Source: a virus (lineage: Duplodnaviria > Caudoviricetes). From it: DNA of 41,781 nt. The position numbers and the translations under genes are program-made. Below the pieces are notes generated by a model, which was given only the letters and a program-made list of their open reading frames with translations, had not been told where the DNA came from and searched no databases. Of the stretch, positions 25,721 to 34,950 are shown piece after piece (position 1 is the stretch's first letter; each line of letters starts with the position of its first letter). The stretch covers positions 1-41,781 of IMG/VR virus record IMGVR_UViG_3300049854_000029, one strand, 5' to 3'.

Positions 25721-26236
25721 TTACTTGACAGCTTTTGCGTTTATCGAAATTGGCAAATTGAACATGCTATCTCTGATTCTTGACGCGTCTTTGAGTGCGT
25801 AAGGGAGAAGCGTGACCCGCTCAACCCTTGAGAACCCAGCGTCACTCAGCCTCCCTGACAAAACGGGGTATGTGAAGCATTGGTAATGACAGTGATGTGG
25901 TGTCTCCTGGTCTCCGTGGATCAAATGGTGCATCCACGTGGTCATCGACCGACCCGTCCTGATGTACATCTCAACGATGGCATCGAAGTCGGGTACAGAG
26001 AGCCAGAGAACACCACCCTTTTTGAGAACTCGACTCCAACCTTTGAGAACCACAGGAACCTCTTTGTTCATGAAATGTTCAAGGATATGACTCGCATATA
26101 TCTCCTCAACAGATTCGTCCTCGAAGTTGTACATGTCCCTGGCATTTTGCACATAGTCCACGTCTCCATGCTGAACAATGTCCAGACGTTTGAACCCTTC
26201 GATCTTCTCTCCCATGCAACCAATATGAAGTTTCAC
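25721..26236 (-). CDS. SAM-dependent methyltransferase (Methyltransf_11-like)
   Basis: LHIGC, EEIYASHILEHF, RVLKKGG...SVPD; a type often found in glycan clusters. Confidence 0.88.
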   Translation of the reverse strand: MKLHIGCMGEKIEGFKRLDIVQHGDVDYVQNARDMYNFEDESVEEIYASHILEHFMNKEVPVVLKGWSRVLKKGGVLWLSVPDFDAIVEMYIRTGRSMTTWMHHLIHGDQETPHHCHYQCFTYPVLSGRLSDAGFSRVERVTLLPYALKDASRIRDSMFNLPISINAKAVK

Positions 26237-26406
26237 GCTGGCGGCATGTCCCTCACTTGTAGCTGCACCTGTAAGGAGAACGTCCCGTCATCCCGAGCAA
26301 CCCATACAGGGACTGCAACTATCTGTTTCTTGTGTTCTCGGCACAAAGCCGAAAACCCTTCTGCGAAGGCTTCTGATGCTTTCTTTATCTTTACGTCTTC
26401 TTCCAT
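26233..26406 (-). CDS. Small hypothetical protein (57 aa), possible fibre chaperone
   Basis: Manual translation MEEDVKIKKASEAF...; GGAGGG RBS; GTGA overlap with the next gene. Confidence 0.65.
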   Translation of the reverse strand: MEEDVKIKKASEAFAEGFSALCREHKKQIVAVPVWVARDDGTFSLQVQLQVRDMPPA

Positions 26407-26418
26407 AATCCCTCCCCC

Positions 26419-29304
26419 TTAGACTGTGTATTCATCTGTAGATCCAAGCCGAGCAAGCTGGTAGTGAGCGTCAATGTACAAGAGACCACACTTGGCCCCT
26501 TCCGCGTTGTAGGTATCCCCCGCATTCGCACTGTCCCGGAACAGTCGGCCTATGAGCACAGACGAAACGCCGTCCTGCGATGTTGTGGGAGAAAGTGCGG
26601 TGAACTTCGAAATGTAGTGTTTGTGTTGGGTTATGTTCGCGTCTGTCCCGGCCTCTGTGTAATTGCTCCCGTCAGAATAAACGATGGTTGAGTCCCCGTA
26701 AGTAGCTCCATGTTCCGCCCACGCATATTCCAGACCCCACCTCGGAGCGGAGGTGGTGTCAGCCACAGCACCAACCCAATGGACGTGGATGGCTATGTCG
26801 TCCTGGTTCCAGGAGTGGGGGAGCTGCATGTTGAAGAAGACTTCCTTCTCGCTCCCACCCACTGCATCGTCAAATGAATATAAATAGACCCCTCTGGAGG
26901 TCCCGCCTGCGTCGTCGTACCACTTCTCAAATGTAGGGGAATTTGATCCGGTCGTTCTTGCGGTAGGTTCGATTCTCAAGTCGTCCCACGGCTGGGCAGT
27001 TCCAACCATAGTCTGGTGCCCTGTCACGTCCCATTTCGTGTAATTGGTTGAAAACCCGCCTAAAGTGACATTCCCGTCATCATCAATCCGCATTCTCTCA
27101 ACCAACGCATTCGCGGCTGTGCCAGATGCGCCAGGAAGTGCCGTCTTAAATATGATGTCTCCACCTGTGCCAGATCCGCTCCCCTGCCCGCCCGCGAGCG
27201 TGAGAGACGCCGCTGCGTTGTTTGTTCCAGACCCTCCAGTGGCATTGATCGTGACAGTGTGCGGGTTTGAACCATATACACCTTCTCCGAGGTATAGATC
27301 CGTGATATAAGAGGTGCTGCTGCCGATAACGAACTGGTTCGGGCCAAAGGCTTTGGCTCCGTAACACATCATTACTGAAGAGTTTTGGTCTGGAGGAAGG
27401 GTTCCGAGGTCGAAGGTGTTTGATGCGTCTGTGTCGTCCCCGGTATAGGTGACTGTAATGCTTCCGCTCACCCCATAATTCGCAAGAGGATTGATGGTGA
27501 TTGACCCGTTTCCGTTCCTGTTTCCTGAAGCGATCTTGGTGGTTTTACCCACCTCTTTGTAAATGTCGATTGTTCTGGTGGTACCAGAGTTGGTGAGGTT
27601 CCAGTAAACAACGCCATTCGTGGATTGGTTCTTGTCGACGTACCACAAAACAGGGAGAGTAAGTTGAGCACTGGCGTCCCCATTGATTGTGATGTCAGCC
27701 TTAGAGTCTGTGTAAATTGTGGTTGTGTTATCCGAAATTGTGGTTACGAGGTAGTAATGGCCTACAATGCCTGCGACAGTGCGATAAATCTTTCTAGCTG
27801 AACACGTCTTTGGACCGGTATAAGTAGGAATACTCGTGAGAGACACCTGACAATTACTTCCTGCTGTTGCCACATACTTCTCATCACCTAATCCTGTTTC
27901 AACGGTATCAAGAACAAAACTGACTCTGTACCTGTACCCTCCCACAGACAACCCAACACCAGCAACAGCGGACGCTCCCCCAATGCCTGTCGCTGTGTAG
28001 TATTCAGCCTGTGGAGAAAGGGAGACGTTGTATGAACCTGACACCAGATAATAGAGCGCATTGTTCCCAATGGCCACATTGTAAGAGCCGGTTGTGGCAT
28101 AGTAATTGGCACCATATCCCAAGGCCAAATTGTAGCTGCCAGAAGTATTTGAAAAGAGAGATAGGCTCCCGACAGCGGCGTTCCCTATGCCAATGTTGTT
28201 GTACCTGGTACTCTCTGACCCGAGTGCTAGATTGTGCGCTCCATAAAGGTTTTCTGAAAGGGTGAGGTTTCCGAAGGCGACGTTATAGCTTGAAGTCTTA
28301 TTCTGAAAGAGGGGCCTGTACCCGCAGGCGATATTATATTGACCAGTCGTGTTGTACGTCATGGCGCCGGTTCCAATAGCGATATTGTTCTCGCCGCTCG
28401 TATTGCTTCCAAGGACCTGGTCCCCAATAGCGACATTGGCGTTCCCGCTGTTTGAACCGCTCAGGGTGTAACGGCCTATTGCCACGTTGTAATGGGCCGC
28501 CTGATTCGCGTAAAGAGCCTGCATTCCAATGGCCACATTGTCACTGCCACCCAAATCGGCAAACAAAGCACGATACCCTATGGCCACATTCTCGTTCCCA
28601 GAGGTCATGGAATACCCTGCCTGATACCCCGCACATGTATTCTTGTTCCCACCGTTCAAGGTGTTAAGGGTCATAAACCCAAGGCCAGTATTCTCGTCCC
28701 CAGTTTGGTTGGTTGTCATTGAATTGAAGCCGAGTGCAGTGTTGGCGTATCCGTCTGTGTTGGCGTCCATTGCACCGTTACCGATAGCCACATTCCAATA
28801 ACCACTCGTATTGAGTTTCAAAACGTCTTGCCCCAAACCGAGATTGTTTATTCCTGTCATGGTGGTGTTCCCAGCACCATCTCCAAGGAAAAGGTCAGTC
28901 ACATCTCGGCCAGCATTACTGAAGAGAACTCCTCGCTCGTCGACACCTGCCAATACTGCACCGCCGCTCCCTTGCCACTCCTGAAGATCCGCTGACTGAG
29001 ACCCGGCTGCCTTAACCAAAAGAGGGATGCTCGCCGCTGCGTCAGCTATGAGACTCGACGCCCCAGTCACTTGCAGAGACCTGCCTGTGGTATTTACCGT
29101 CAAGACATTGGCGGAGGTAGATTGGTTGACGACAAGGGTGGTGGCCGAGTTGGCTGTGGGAGTAATCACCAAGTCACCTGTCATGGTATCCCCGGTGACG
29201 TTCACGTATCTTCCGTCTAAGGTCGTGAACGTGGTGATGTCTGTGTCAGGATGGTTGTGGAAAACAATGTTCCCATCAACCACCTTGTCAATTCTTAGAG
29301 ACAT
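26419..29304 (-). CDS. Large tail fibre/adhesin with YadA-head-like 14-aa repeats
   Basis: LDGRYVNVTGDTMTGDL, about 20 N(V/T)A(I/L)G repeats, multi-domain C-terminus. Confidence 0.85.
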   Translation of the reverse strand: MSLRIDKVVDGNIVFHNHPDTDITTFTTLDGRYVNVTGDTMTGDLVITPTANSATTLVVNQSTSANVLTVNTTGRSLQVTGASSLIADAAASIPLLVKAAGSQSADLQEWQGSGGAVLAGVDERGVLFSNAGRDVTDLFLGDGAGNTTMTGINNLGLGQDVLKLNTSGYWNVAIGNGAMDANTDGYANTALGFNSMTTNQTGDENTGLGFMTLNTLNGGNKNTCAGYQAGYSMTSGNENVAIGYRALFADLGGSDNVAIGMQALYANQAAHYNVAIGRYTLSGSNSGNANVAIGDQVLGSNTSGENNIAIGTGAMTYNTTGQYNIACGYRPLFQNKTSSYNVAFGNLTLSENLYGAHNLALGSESTRYNNIGIGNAAVGSLSLFSNTSGSYNLALGYGANYYATTGSYNVAIGNNALYYLVSGSYNVSLSPQAEYYTATGIGGASAVAGVGLSVGGYRYRVSFVLDTVETGLGDEKYVATAGSNCQVSLTSIPTYTGPKTCSARKIYRTVAGIVGHYYLVTTISDNTTTIYTDSKADITINGDASAQLTLPVLWYVDKNQSTNGVVYWNLTNSGTTRTIDIYKEVGKTTKIASGNRNGNGSITINPLANYGVSGSITVTYTGDDTDASNTFDLGTLPPDQNSSVMMCYGAKAFGPNQFVIGSSTSYITDLYLGEGVYGSNPHTVTINATGGSGTNNAAASLTLAGGQGSGSGTGGDIIFKTALPGASGTAANALVERMRIDDDGNVTLGGFSTNYTKWDVTGHQTMVGTAQPWDDLRIEPTARTTGSNSPTFEKWYDDAGGTSRGVYLYSFDDAVGGSEKEVFFNMQLPHSWNQDDIAIHVHWVGAVADTTSAPRWGLEYAWAEHGATYGDSTIVYSDGSNYTEAGTDANITQHKHYISKFTALSPTTSQDGVSSVLIGRLFRDSANAGDTYNAEGAKCGLLYIDAHYQLARLGSTDEYTV

Positions 29305-29314
29305 TCATGCTCCT

Positions 29315-29557
29315 TTAAGAATAATCCAGCGTCGTCCTGTTATCGGCTTCGTTGTCAAAGTTCTTGTTCCCGTCTGCGAACAAGATCCTTGTCTGCCCAG
29401 CAACCGAGGTATCGATCCTCTTTATCTGCCACACGGAGGTGGAAGTCGCGCTCCCAGGCTCGGCCAGGCAAATGTATGTGATTGTTGAGGTAGCCTCGTC
29501 AATCAAAGTTGTTAGACCGTTTACTGTTGAGGTTCTAGTTTGTCCGACCTCTGCCAT
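29315..29557 (-). CDS. Small putative virion protein
   Basis: TYICLAEPGSATSTSVWQIKRI is a recurring phage structural-protein pattern. Confidence 0.7.
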   Translation of the reverse strand: MAEVGQTRTSTVNGLTTLIDEATSTITYICLAEPGSATSTSVWQIKRIDTSVAGQTRILFADGNKNFDNEADNRTTLDYS

Positions 29558-29828
29558 GGTTCCACTTCCTTTCCAGGCAATACCTGATCCCGTTTATGTA
29601 GCCCAACGCATAATGGAGCTCTTTTACTTTGCCTGCGTGGTCTGCGTTGAAAGCTTCTTGCGCCCTTCTTTGAATCTCCTTTTCAAGTTCAGAAGCGTGC
29701 CTGGCGGCTGCAAGATAGGCGAGGAGGTTCCTTTGTCTTACCACAAACCACTTCATGACCCAGAAGGGGTAAAGTGTCAGCCTTAAAAGGCGAAACCGCC
29801 AAGACGCCCGCTGAATGTCATTCATCAA
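29535..29828 (-). CDS. Hypothetical protein
   Basis: ORF track; coupled overlaps. Confidence 0.55.
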   Translation of the reverse strand: MMNDIQRASWRFRLLRLTLYPFWVMKWFVVRQRNLLAYLAAARHASELEKEIQRRAQEAFNADHAGKVKELHYALGYINGIRYCLERKWNHGRGRTN

Positions 29829-30127
29829 TGCATGTCAAATCTGACCTTGAACGTCCCATCTGCTGAACTCTTTGCAATGACAACACTCGATGCTATAGCC
29901 AAAGAAAGCTCTTGAATCTCTGAAAGGGTCCCAACCACGGCTTCTCTTTTGATGATGAGGTCCCCTGCCCCGTCCTTAACTGAGATGTCGTACGAGGTGG
30001 TCTCTGCTGGGGGGATCACCCGAATGCGCCGTGCTATGGCCCAAATCCCAGTAATCGACCCGGTCCCTGTACCGGACGCCACTGTAATGCTCAACGGCCT
30101 GACTTCTTCTCTGCCTGGAGTCGTCAT
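29825..30127 (-). CDS. Small beta-rich putative capsid decoration/virion protein
   Basis: Follows the MCP gene; beta-strand pattern. Confidence 0.65.
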   Translation of the reverse strand: MTTPGREEVRPLSITVASGTGTGSITGIWAIARRIRVIPPAETTSYDISVKDGAGDLIIKREAVVGTLSEIQELSLAIASSVVIAKSSADGTFKVRFDMH

Positions 30128-30134
30128 ATAGGTT

Positions 30135-30178
30135 GGGACTTAGGGGAGAGGGTTTTACCCCCCTCCCCCTTGAGTCCC
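30135..30178 (-). terminator. Strong GC hairpin after the capsid gene (mRNA stabiliser or terminator; no U-tract)
   Basis: GGGACT..AGGGG/GAGGG stems pair with CCCTC/CCCCT..AGTCCC around a GGGTAAAA loop. Confidence 0.5.
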
Positions 30179-30185
30179 GAATGAT

Positions 30186-30347
30186 TTACGCCAAGTCGTG
30201 CACGAACAAAATAACGCCAGCTGAGGGGTTCAAACATGCCGCAGCGGCACTGATCTTGTAAGTGATCTGACTATAAGTCGAATATGGGTTGGAATGAGAT
30301 GCACCGCTGATTTGGTACATCTGAAGTCCGCCCATAATCTCTGTCAC
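30186..30347 (-). CDS. Major capsid protein, exon 2 (53 aa)
   Basis: VTEIMGGLQMYQISGASHSNPYSTYSQITYKISAAAACLNPSAGVILFVHDLA* matches the expected N4-gp56-type C-terminus (NP...Y/WK...A..LN). Confidence 0.9.
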   Translation of the reverse strand: MTEIMGGLQMYQISGASHSNPYSTYSQITYKISAAAACLNPSAGVILFVHDLA

Positions 30348-30537
30348 CGTGTGAATCCCATGGTTTTTTCGTTTAAGTTATTGCCATGGACTAGACTGTA
30401 TATCGCGGGTGTCTCCCGCCTCTTGTCAGTCGTTCGGGCGTTCAAGCTGCTAACGCCACGGTCTCTGCTGCTTCCAGCCTTTGACCGTTATTCGAGAATG
30501 CAATCACAGATTCCTCCGTGAAAGGGCATGTGTTTCT
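30348..30537 (-). ncRNA. Group I self-splicing intron, 190 nt, no ORF
   Basis: 5' splice site after U (GGU); terminal G; P7 A(C)GACUG/CAGUCU; J8/7 GAUAUA; P4 ACGGUC/GACCGU; P2, P3, P5, P6, P8, P9.0 and P9 all pair. Confidence 0.92.
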
Positions 30538-31410
30538 ACCGAATGCCTGTTGTCCGAAGATGAAGACCATGTTGACCGAGTGAGCTGCCACACGGTACTT
30601 TGGCGCGAGTGTGGAACTGATCCACCGCACGCCAACGGTCTTACCAACTTCGCCCTTGTACATCGTGGTCTGGCTGTTCTGGTACACGTTCCAATTTGCC
30701 CACGTGGGATCTTTTGAGAGGTTATGCAGAGCGTACGGGTGTGCATAGCCCACAAAGTAACCATCCCCGAAAGGTCGCGCATTTTGGACGCGAAGCTTAC
30801 GAACAGCTTTCCTGATCGAGTACACAGACAACTGAGCCGAGGTGGTCGGAGCGGTCTTGAGCACAGCAGAAAGCCGTGTGCAAGAAGTCCCGAAAACGCC
30901 TGGGAACTGGAACTGAATATCCCCGTTGTGAGTCCCGTTGGTTGAGCAGAATGCCGAAACAACGCTCGACATGTAGCTCGACAGGTTGCTCGTGGCCACC
31001 TGGTTCTTGTTGATGTCGCTCTTGTAAATGCCCATCTGGCAGACCCGCTCAAGAGTCTGCTTTGCAGACTGGTTGAGCGTTTCCATCGCGCCTTCACGGG
31101 CATTGAGGCTGTAGGTCCATTCAGCAACGTCTGTAACTTTGACTCCACGCCCATACTGAGCAATGGTTGCAGACACTCGGCGAGCCGAGAGAGCAACCGC
31201 TGTATTCGCTCCAGACTCAGCGAGAGCTGAAGATGCGCCTGCGAGCGCGATCCAGCCATTCCAGTACGTGATATTTCCTTCACCTTTTGGCTGAGGAGCT
31301 TTAACAGCGAACTCATAAAGAGGCGTCTCAGCGTAAAGCACCAAGAGGCTCTTTGGAATAAAATAATGGGAGAGTAAATTATCCCCCGTTGATGTGGTGG
31401 TATCCGTCAT
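30538..31410 (-). CDS. Major capsid protein (N4-gp56 family, HK97 fold), exon 1 (291 aa; spliced product 344 aa)
   Basis: QPKGEG..TYW, ATIAQYG, YAHP...L..DP.W, GEVGK..GVRWISS, IFGQQAFG; follows the scaffold gene. Confidence 0.92.
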
Positions 31411-31434
31411 TTAAGTTCTACGGCACTATTCGTT

Positions 31435-32460
31435 TCAGCGCATCTCTGTGAACTTAGCGATCACCAATCTGTCCTTTTGTCTCTGTATATCAGCGGCGCG
31501 AGCCCAATCTTTTGTTGCCAGGGCTTCCATCATGTCGCTGTTCAATTTTTGCAGTTGCGCTTGAGCGGACACACTTGGTTGACTCGTTACGGGAGGCACA
31601 GCTCGCCCAGCCCCTAAAATCGGGGTGGGTTTTGGGGCTTGTGCCACTTGCCCTTGCTGGGCCTGATATTCCGGCTTTCCGTCAATGAAGTGATAGGCGT
31701 CTCCATATGGGTCATGGCTCTGCCAAAGATACGGGCGTTCCTTGAACACGCTGTCAAACTTGCCCATGCCTTCGTCAGACAAAACCCACTCGTTTCCAGG
31801 TTTGGAAGCCAACTCGTCCAAACGCTTGTATATGCGCTCGTCCCGTTGAACTGCCTGTTCCTGTTGACGTTCCTGAACCAATGGATCAAGGGCAGACTTA
31901 ACGATTGCTGTAGTCGCCTTGAGCCACGTGCCCACAAAGTCTTGCTCCATGTCTTTCTGGAGCTTGTCCCGGAATTCAGGACTGAAGTCTTCAGGTCTTA
32001 ACCCAGCCTTGTAAAGGTCCACCTTCGGAACAACTTTTTCCTCGGATTTGACCTCTTGCGAGAGTTGGGTGTATTTCTTCTGAAGGTCTTTATACTTTGC
32101 GAGCTGCTCTTCTTTGCTTAGGATAGCCTTCTCGATGTGCTGGGTGGCTTTTTGGAGTTTAGCCTCATCCACCGTCCCGTCCGGCAGTCTCATGTGAGGC
32201 GGAACCTCGGCCTTTTTCCCTTCCGGTGCCTTTGCCTCCGGTTCAGGAGTGGCTGGTTCCGTCTTCTCTTGCGCTTCTGTGGCAGTCACAGCTTCCGGCT
32301 CTTTAGGCTTTGGCCTGTCAGGGAATGCCAGCTCGGGCTGCTCTGTCTCAAACTTTTTGATTTGAGCTTGGAGCTCTGCTACCGGGTCTTGGATTGTTTC
32401 CTGCACAGGCACTTCGGCCACTGTGGTGTTGCCTTCAATGTCAGGCATTTCTGTTACCAA
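31435..32460 (-). CDS. Capsid scaffolding protein
   Basis: Acidic E/P/Q-rich N-terminus, coiled coil, position immediately upstream of the MCP. Confidence 0.75.
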   Translation of the reverse strand: MVTEMPDIEGNTTVAEVPVQETIQDPVAELQAQIKKFETEQPELAFPDRPKPKEPEAVTATEAQEKTEPATPEPEAKAPEGKKAEVPPHMRLPDGTVDEAKLQKATQHIEKAILSKEEQLAKYKDLQKKYTQLSQEVKSEEKVVPKVDLYKAGLRPEDFSPEFRDKLQKDMEQDFVGTWLKATTAIVKSALDPLVQERQQEQAVQRDERIYKRLDELASKPGNEWVLSDEGMGKFDSVFKERPYLWQSHDPYGDAYHFIDGKPEYQAQQGQVAQAPKPTPILGAGRAVPPVTSQPSVSAQAQLQKLNSDMMEALATKDWARAADIQRQKDRLVIAKFTEMR

Positions 32461-32484
32461 CTAAGGACCGTTTTTCTTCCTCCC

Positions 32485-32724
32485 CTAAGAAGATTCCAGT
32501 CCTTGCTTTCTTAACTCTTCGAAGTCGTCCTCAATCTCACGAATCGCATTTCGGTATCCTGAAATGTACGCCAGGTTCTTATACGAGCCGTTAGTGAGAA
32601 TCAACTTGTCTATCCGTTCTCTTGCCGATTCCTTCTTCTCTTCTAGTCGCTTCCTAAAAAAAGGCATGTACCCTTGAGCGAAATTGTTAAACGCTTCTAT
32701 CTCAATCCGCTCATCTTCTGTCAC
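32485..32724 (-). CDS. Small hypothetical protein between portal and scaffold
   Basis: ORF track; typical synteny. Confidence 0.7.
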   Translation of the reverse strand: MTEDERIEIEAFNNFAQGYMPFFRKRLEEKKESARERIDKLILTNGSYKNLAYISGYRNAIREIEDDFEELRKQGLESS

Positions 32725-34685
32725 AGCGGTGCCATCGATCCGTTCCCGCCAGGTATAGCTGGAGCCGGTTTAGGCGTCCCTTGAGGTGCCGCCCGGCCTG
32801 GCATCTTTGATATAGACGGCATCCCTATCCCTTGGGACATAGGCGTGGGGATAGGCTTGTTCAGGTCTCCTACAATCTCGTAAACCTCTTCTGCGGTGAG
32901 CCCTTGTAAACTCCCGAGCCGTTTGGCTAGGTTTACGGGGTTCCATTGAGGGAGCGTAGTTGCCAAAAACTGACCGTAAGACATGAGGCTCTGCGCCTTC
33001 TGGAACTTTGTCTCTTCACTGAACACGTCATGGAATATGAAGTCATAGTCCATCTCGAGCTCGTGAGGGGCGACAGGCTTATATGACTGCCACTTCTGTA
33101 TGACCTCAAACTCGCCTGTGTCCATGTTCATGGTTTCTAAGGGCATGACCCCAAGGATGCGCCTAAGCATCTCTTCGTCTGTGTACTGGTACATTAACTC
33201 AAAGCATTTCCTGGCAGACCCAACCAACCCAGTTTTGCCCATGATGTAGGCGTAAGCAATGAACCTGTCCGCAGCAGATTTCTGGAGTAATTCCATCCCG
33301 CCGAGAGTTTGGTTGGCGTCTCTAACCTGCCCGGCAGACCCGGTTGTGACCCTGTTTGCACCTGTGACTTCTTGGATTTGACGCTCTAGTTCGAATGTCT
33401 CGCGGTAGGCTGACTGCGTTATATCTTGCATTTCAACTGGGTAAATGGCTTTTCTGGCGTCGTCTACGTCAGACCCTTTGATCCGCACAATGGCCCCTGG
33501 CATGGACCGGACTTCCTTGGTGTCCACCAGCTTCTTCTCAAGAACCACAAACATCTTGTTTATAACGAGGTTTACGTTATCTACCCTTAAATTTCTGATT
33601 TCATTTATCTCTTCTTGCAGACCTTCAATCAGCTGGGCTACCCCGGTCCCGTAAGTCTGCCCGGTCCTGATATAGTCCATTTGAACGAATGGGGGTTCCA
33701 TACACTGGTAAGGATTCTCTTCACTGGCAAGAAAGAACTTGTTCGAGGCCACCATGATCTTCCCAGGCACAATGTCATTGGCTTTCTTCGAATCGTCGCT
33801 AAGCTCAAGCTCAATCCATTTCCTGGGTATAGGACCCCAATACTCCCAAACAGTGTGCTGTTTATCGTATTTGGGTCGGTTTAGCTTGGGATCTTCGATC
33901 TCTTCTTCCCCTTTGATGTACTCCAGATCCTGCTCGAAATCGTCTGCTTCCTCTATATAGAGCAAGTCTGCCACAGACCCCTTATCGAAATACCCCTGAT
34001 CTGAGAGGCTCTTCAGTTCGTGATACGCGATCTTCTGCCTATGCAAAACGCGCTGTAAATCCGTGCTGTTTGGTTCCAGGAATATGTCCCGGATGTGCAC
34101 TTTCTCGCATTTGGGGCCTTTTCTGACCACCACATCTTGAACCTCTTGTTTGTACCCTTTAACCGATCCGGGCTTCTGTGGCTGTCCTTTTAAGACAGAT
34201 AATGCGCTTTCCATGTACCCAGCTTTGACAGGTACGTTGATCCGTCTCTTGTCTATCTTGGTTTCCCAGTACCACTTCAAAAACCCTGACCCGAAAATGA
34301 GGGCTTCTCTTACAGCGTCATTGAACTGGACCGTGAACCCAGACCTGTCTATCCCATACGCCAAAAGAGCGGTGTTCAGCTCCGCCTGGAGCCTGTCACC
34401 CATCTCCCGGGGCTTTAGACCCATAGGAACCTCTTTACCTAAAAGAACCTTCTGTAACGCCGCGCAGATCACCTCGACATTTGTGCAAGTAACCGGGATG
34501 AACATCTTTGCCTGCCAGTCCTCTTTTAAGGCTGTTATGTCCGGGTCGTAAATGTTCCTGTAGTTTCCTTCCCAAAGGTCCCACTTGTCGTGGTAGCTGT
34601 TCTGTCTCCACTCCCATGCAGTCCTATAAAAATTGCTGACGAAATCTGTTGCTTCAGCCTTGTGTATGTCTTTCCAGTTCGGCAT
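32721..34685 (-). CDS. Portal protein (P22/N4-like)
   Basis: 654 aa; ALIFGSGFLK, VWEYWG, YGTGV...LQEEIN.IRN.R.DN, PGAIV, IQEVTG; position in the head module. Confidence 0.9.
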   Translation of the reverse strand: MPNWKDIHKAEATDFVSNFYRTAWEWRQNSYHDKWDLWEGNYRNIYDPDITALKEDWQAKMFIPVTCTNVEVICAALQKVLLGKEVPMGLKPREMGDRLQAELNTALLAYGIDRSGFTVQFNDAVREALIFGSGFLKWYWETKIDKRRINVPVKAGYMESALSVLKGQPQKPGSVKGYKQEVQDVVVRKGPKCEKVHIRDIFLEPNSTDLQRVLHRQKIAYHELKSLSDQGYFDKGSVADLLYIEEADDFEQDLEYIKGEEEIEDPKLNRPKYDKQHTVWEYWGPIPRKWIELELSDDSKKANDIVPGKIMVASNKFFLASEENPYQCMEPPFVQMDYIRTGQTYGTGVAQLIEGLQEEINEIRNLRVDNVNLVINKMFVVLEKKLVDTKEVRSMPGAIVRIKGSDVDDARKAIYPVEMQDITQSAYRETFELERQIQEVTGANRVTTGSAGQVRDANQTLGGMELLQKSAADRFIAYAYIMGKTGLVGSARKCFELMYQYTDEEMLRRILGVMPLETMNMDTGEFEVIQKWQSYKPVAPHELEMDYDFIFHDVFSEETKFQKAQSLMSYGQFLATTLPQWNPVNLAKRLGSLQGLTAEEVYEIVGDLNKPIPTPMSQGIGMPSISKMPGRAAPQGTPKPAPAIPGGNGSMAPL

Positions 34686-34704
34686 GTGACATATCTCCTG
34701 TGCG

Positions 34705-34887
34705 TTACTTAAATTTGCCTATGACAACCGTTTCCCAAGAGGTCTTCCTCTTCTTCGAATCGGCAGACGGGAACATCTTCTTTGCGCCTCTTGAGGTGAT
34801 AGACTTGGAACCTCTCCCAGCCGGGTCAAGACTTCCCCTGACGTTGAACGGTTCCTCAACGAAAATGAAACTCTTAGAAAAGCTCAT
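34705..34887 (-). CDS. Small basic hypothetical protein
   Basis: ORF track; RBS; fills the gap. Confidence 0.55.
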   Translation of the reverse strand: MSFSKSFIFVEEPFNVRGSLDPAGRGSKSITSRGAKKMFPSADSKKRKTSWETVVIGKFK

Positions 34888-34950
34888 TTGCCTGCCCCCT
34901 TTATTTCTTAGGTCGTTTACCCTTTTTCTTGCACGGCACAGCGGGCCTCC

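Noticed and set aside
30442-30537. ORF-track C-terminus of the MCP (RNTCPF...ALAA*), or a programmed frameshift or pseudogene explanation
   Set aside because: The segment is intron sequence. A full group I core and precise in-frame rejoining explain it better, and no slippery site is evident.
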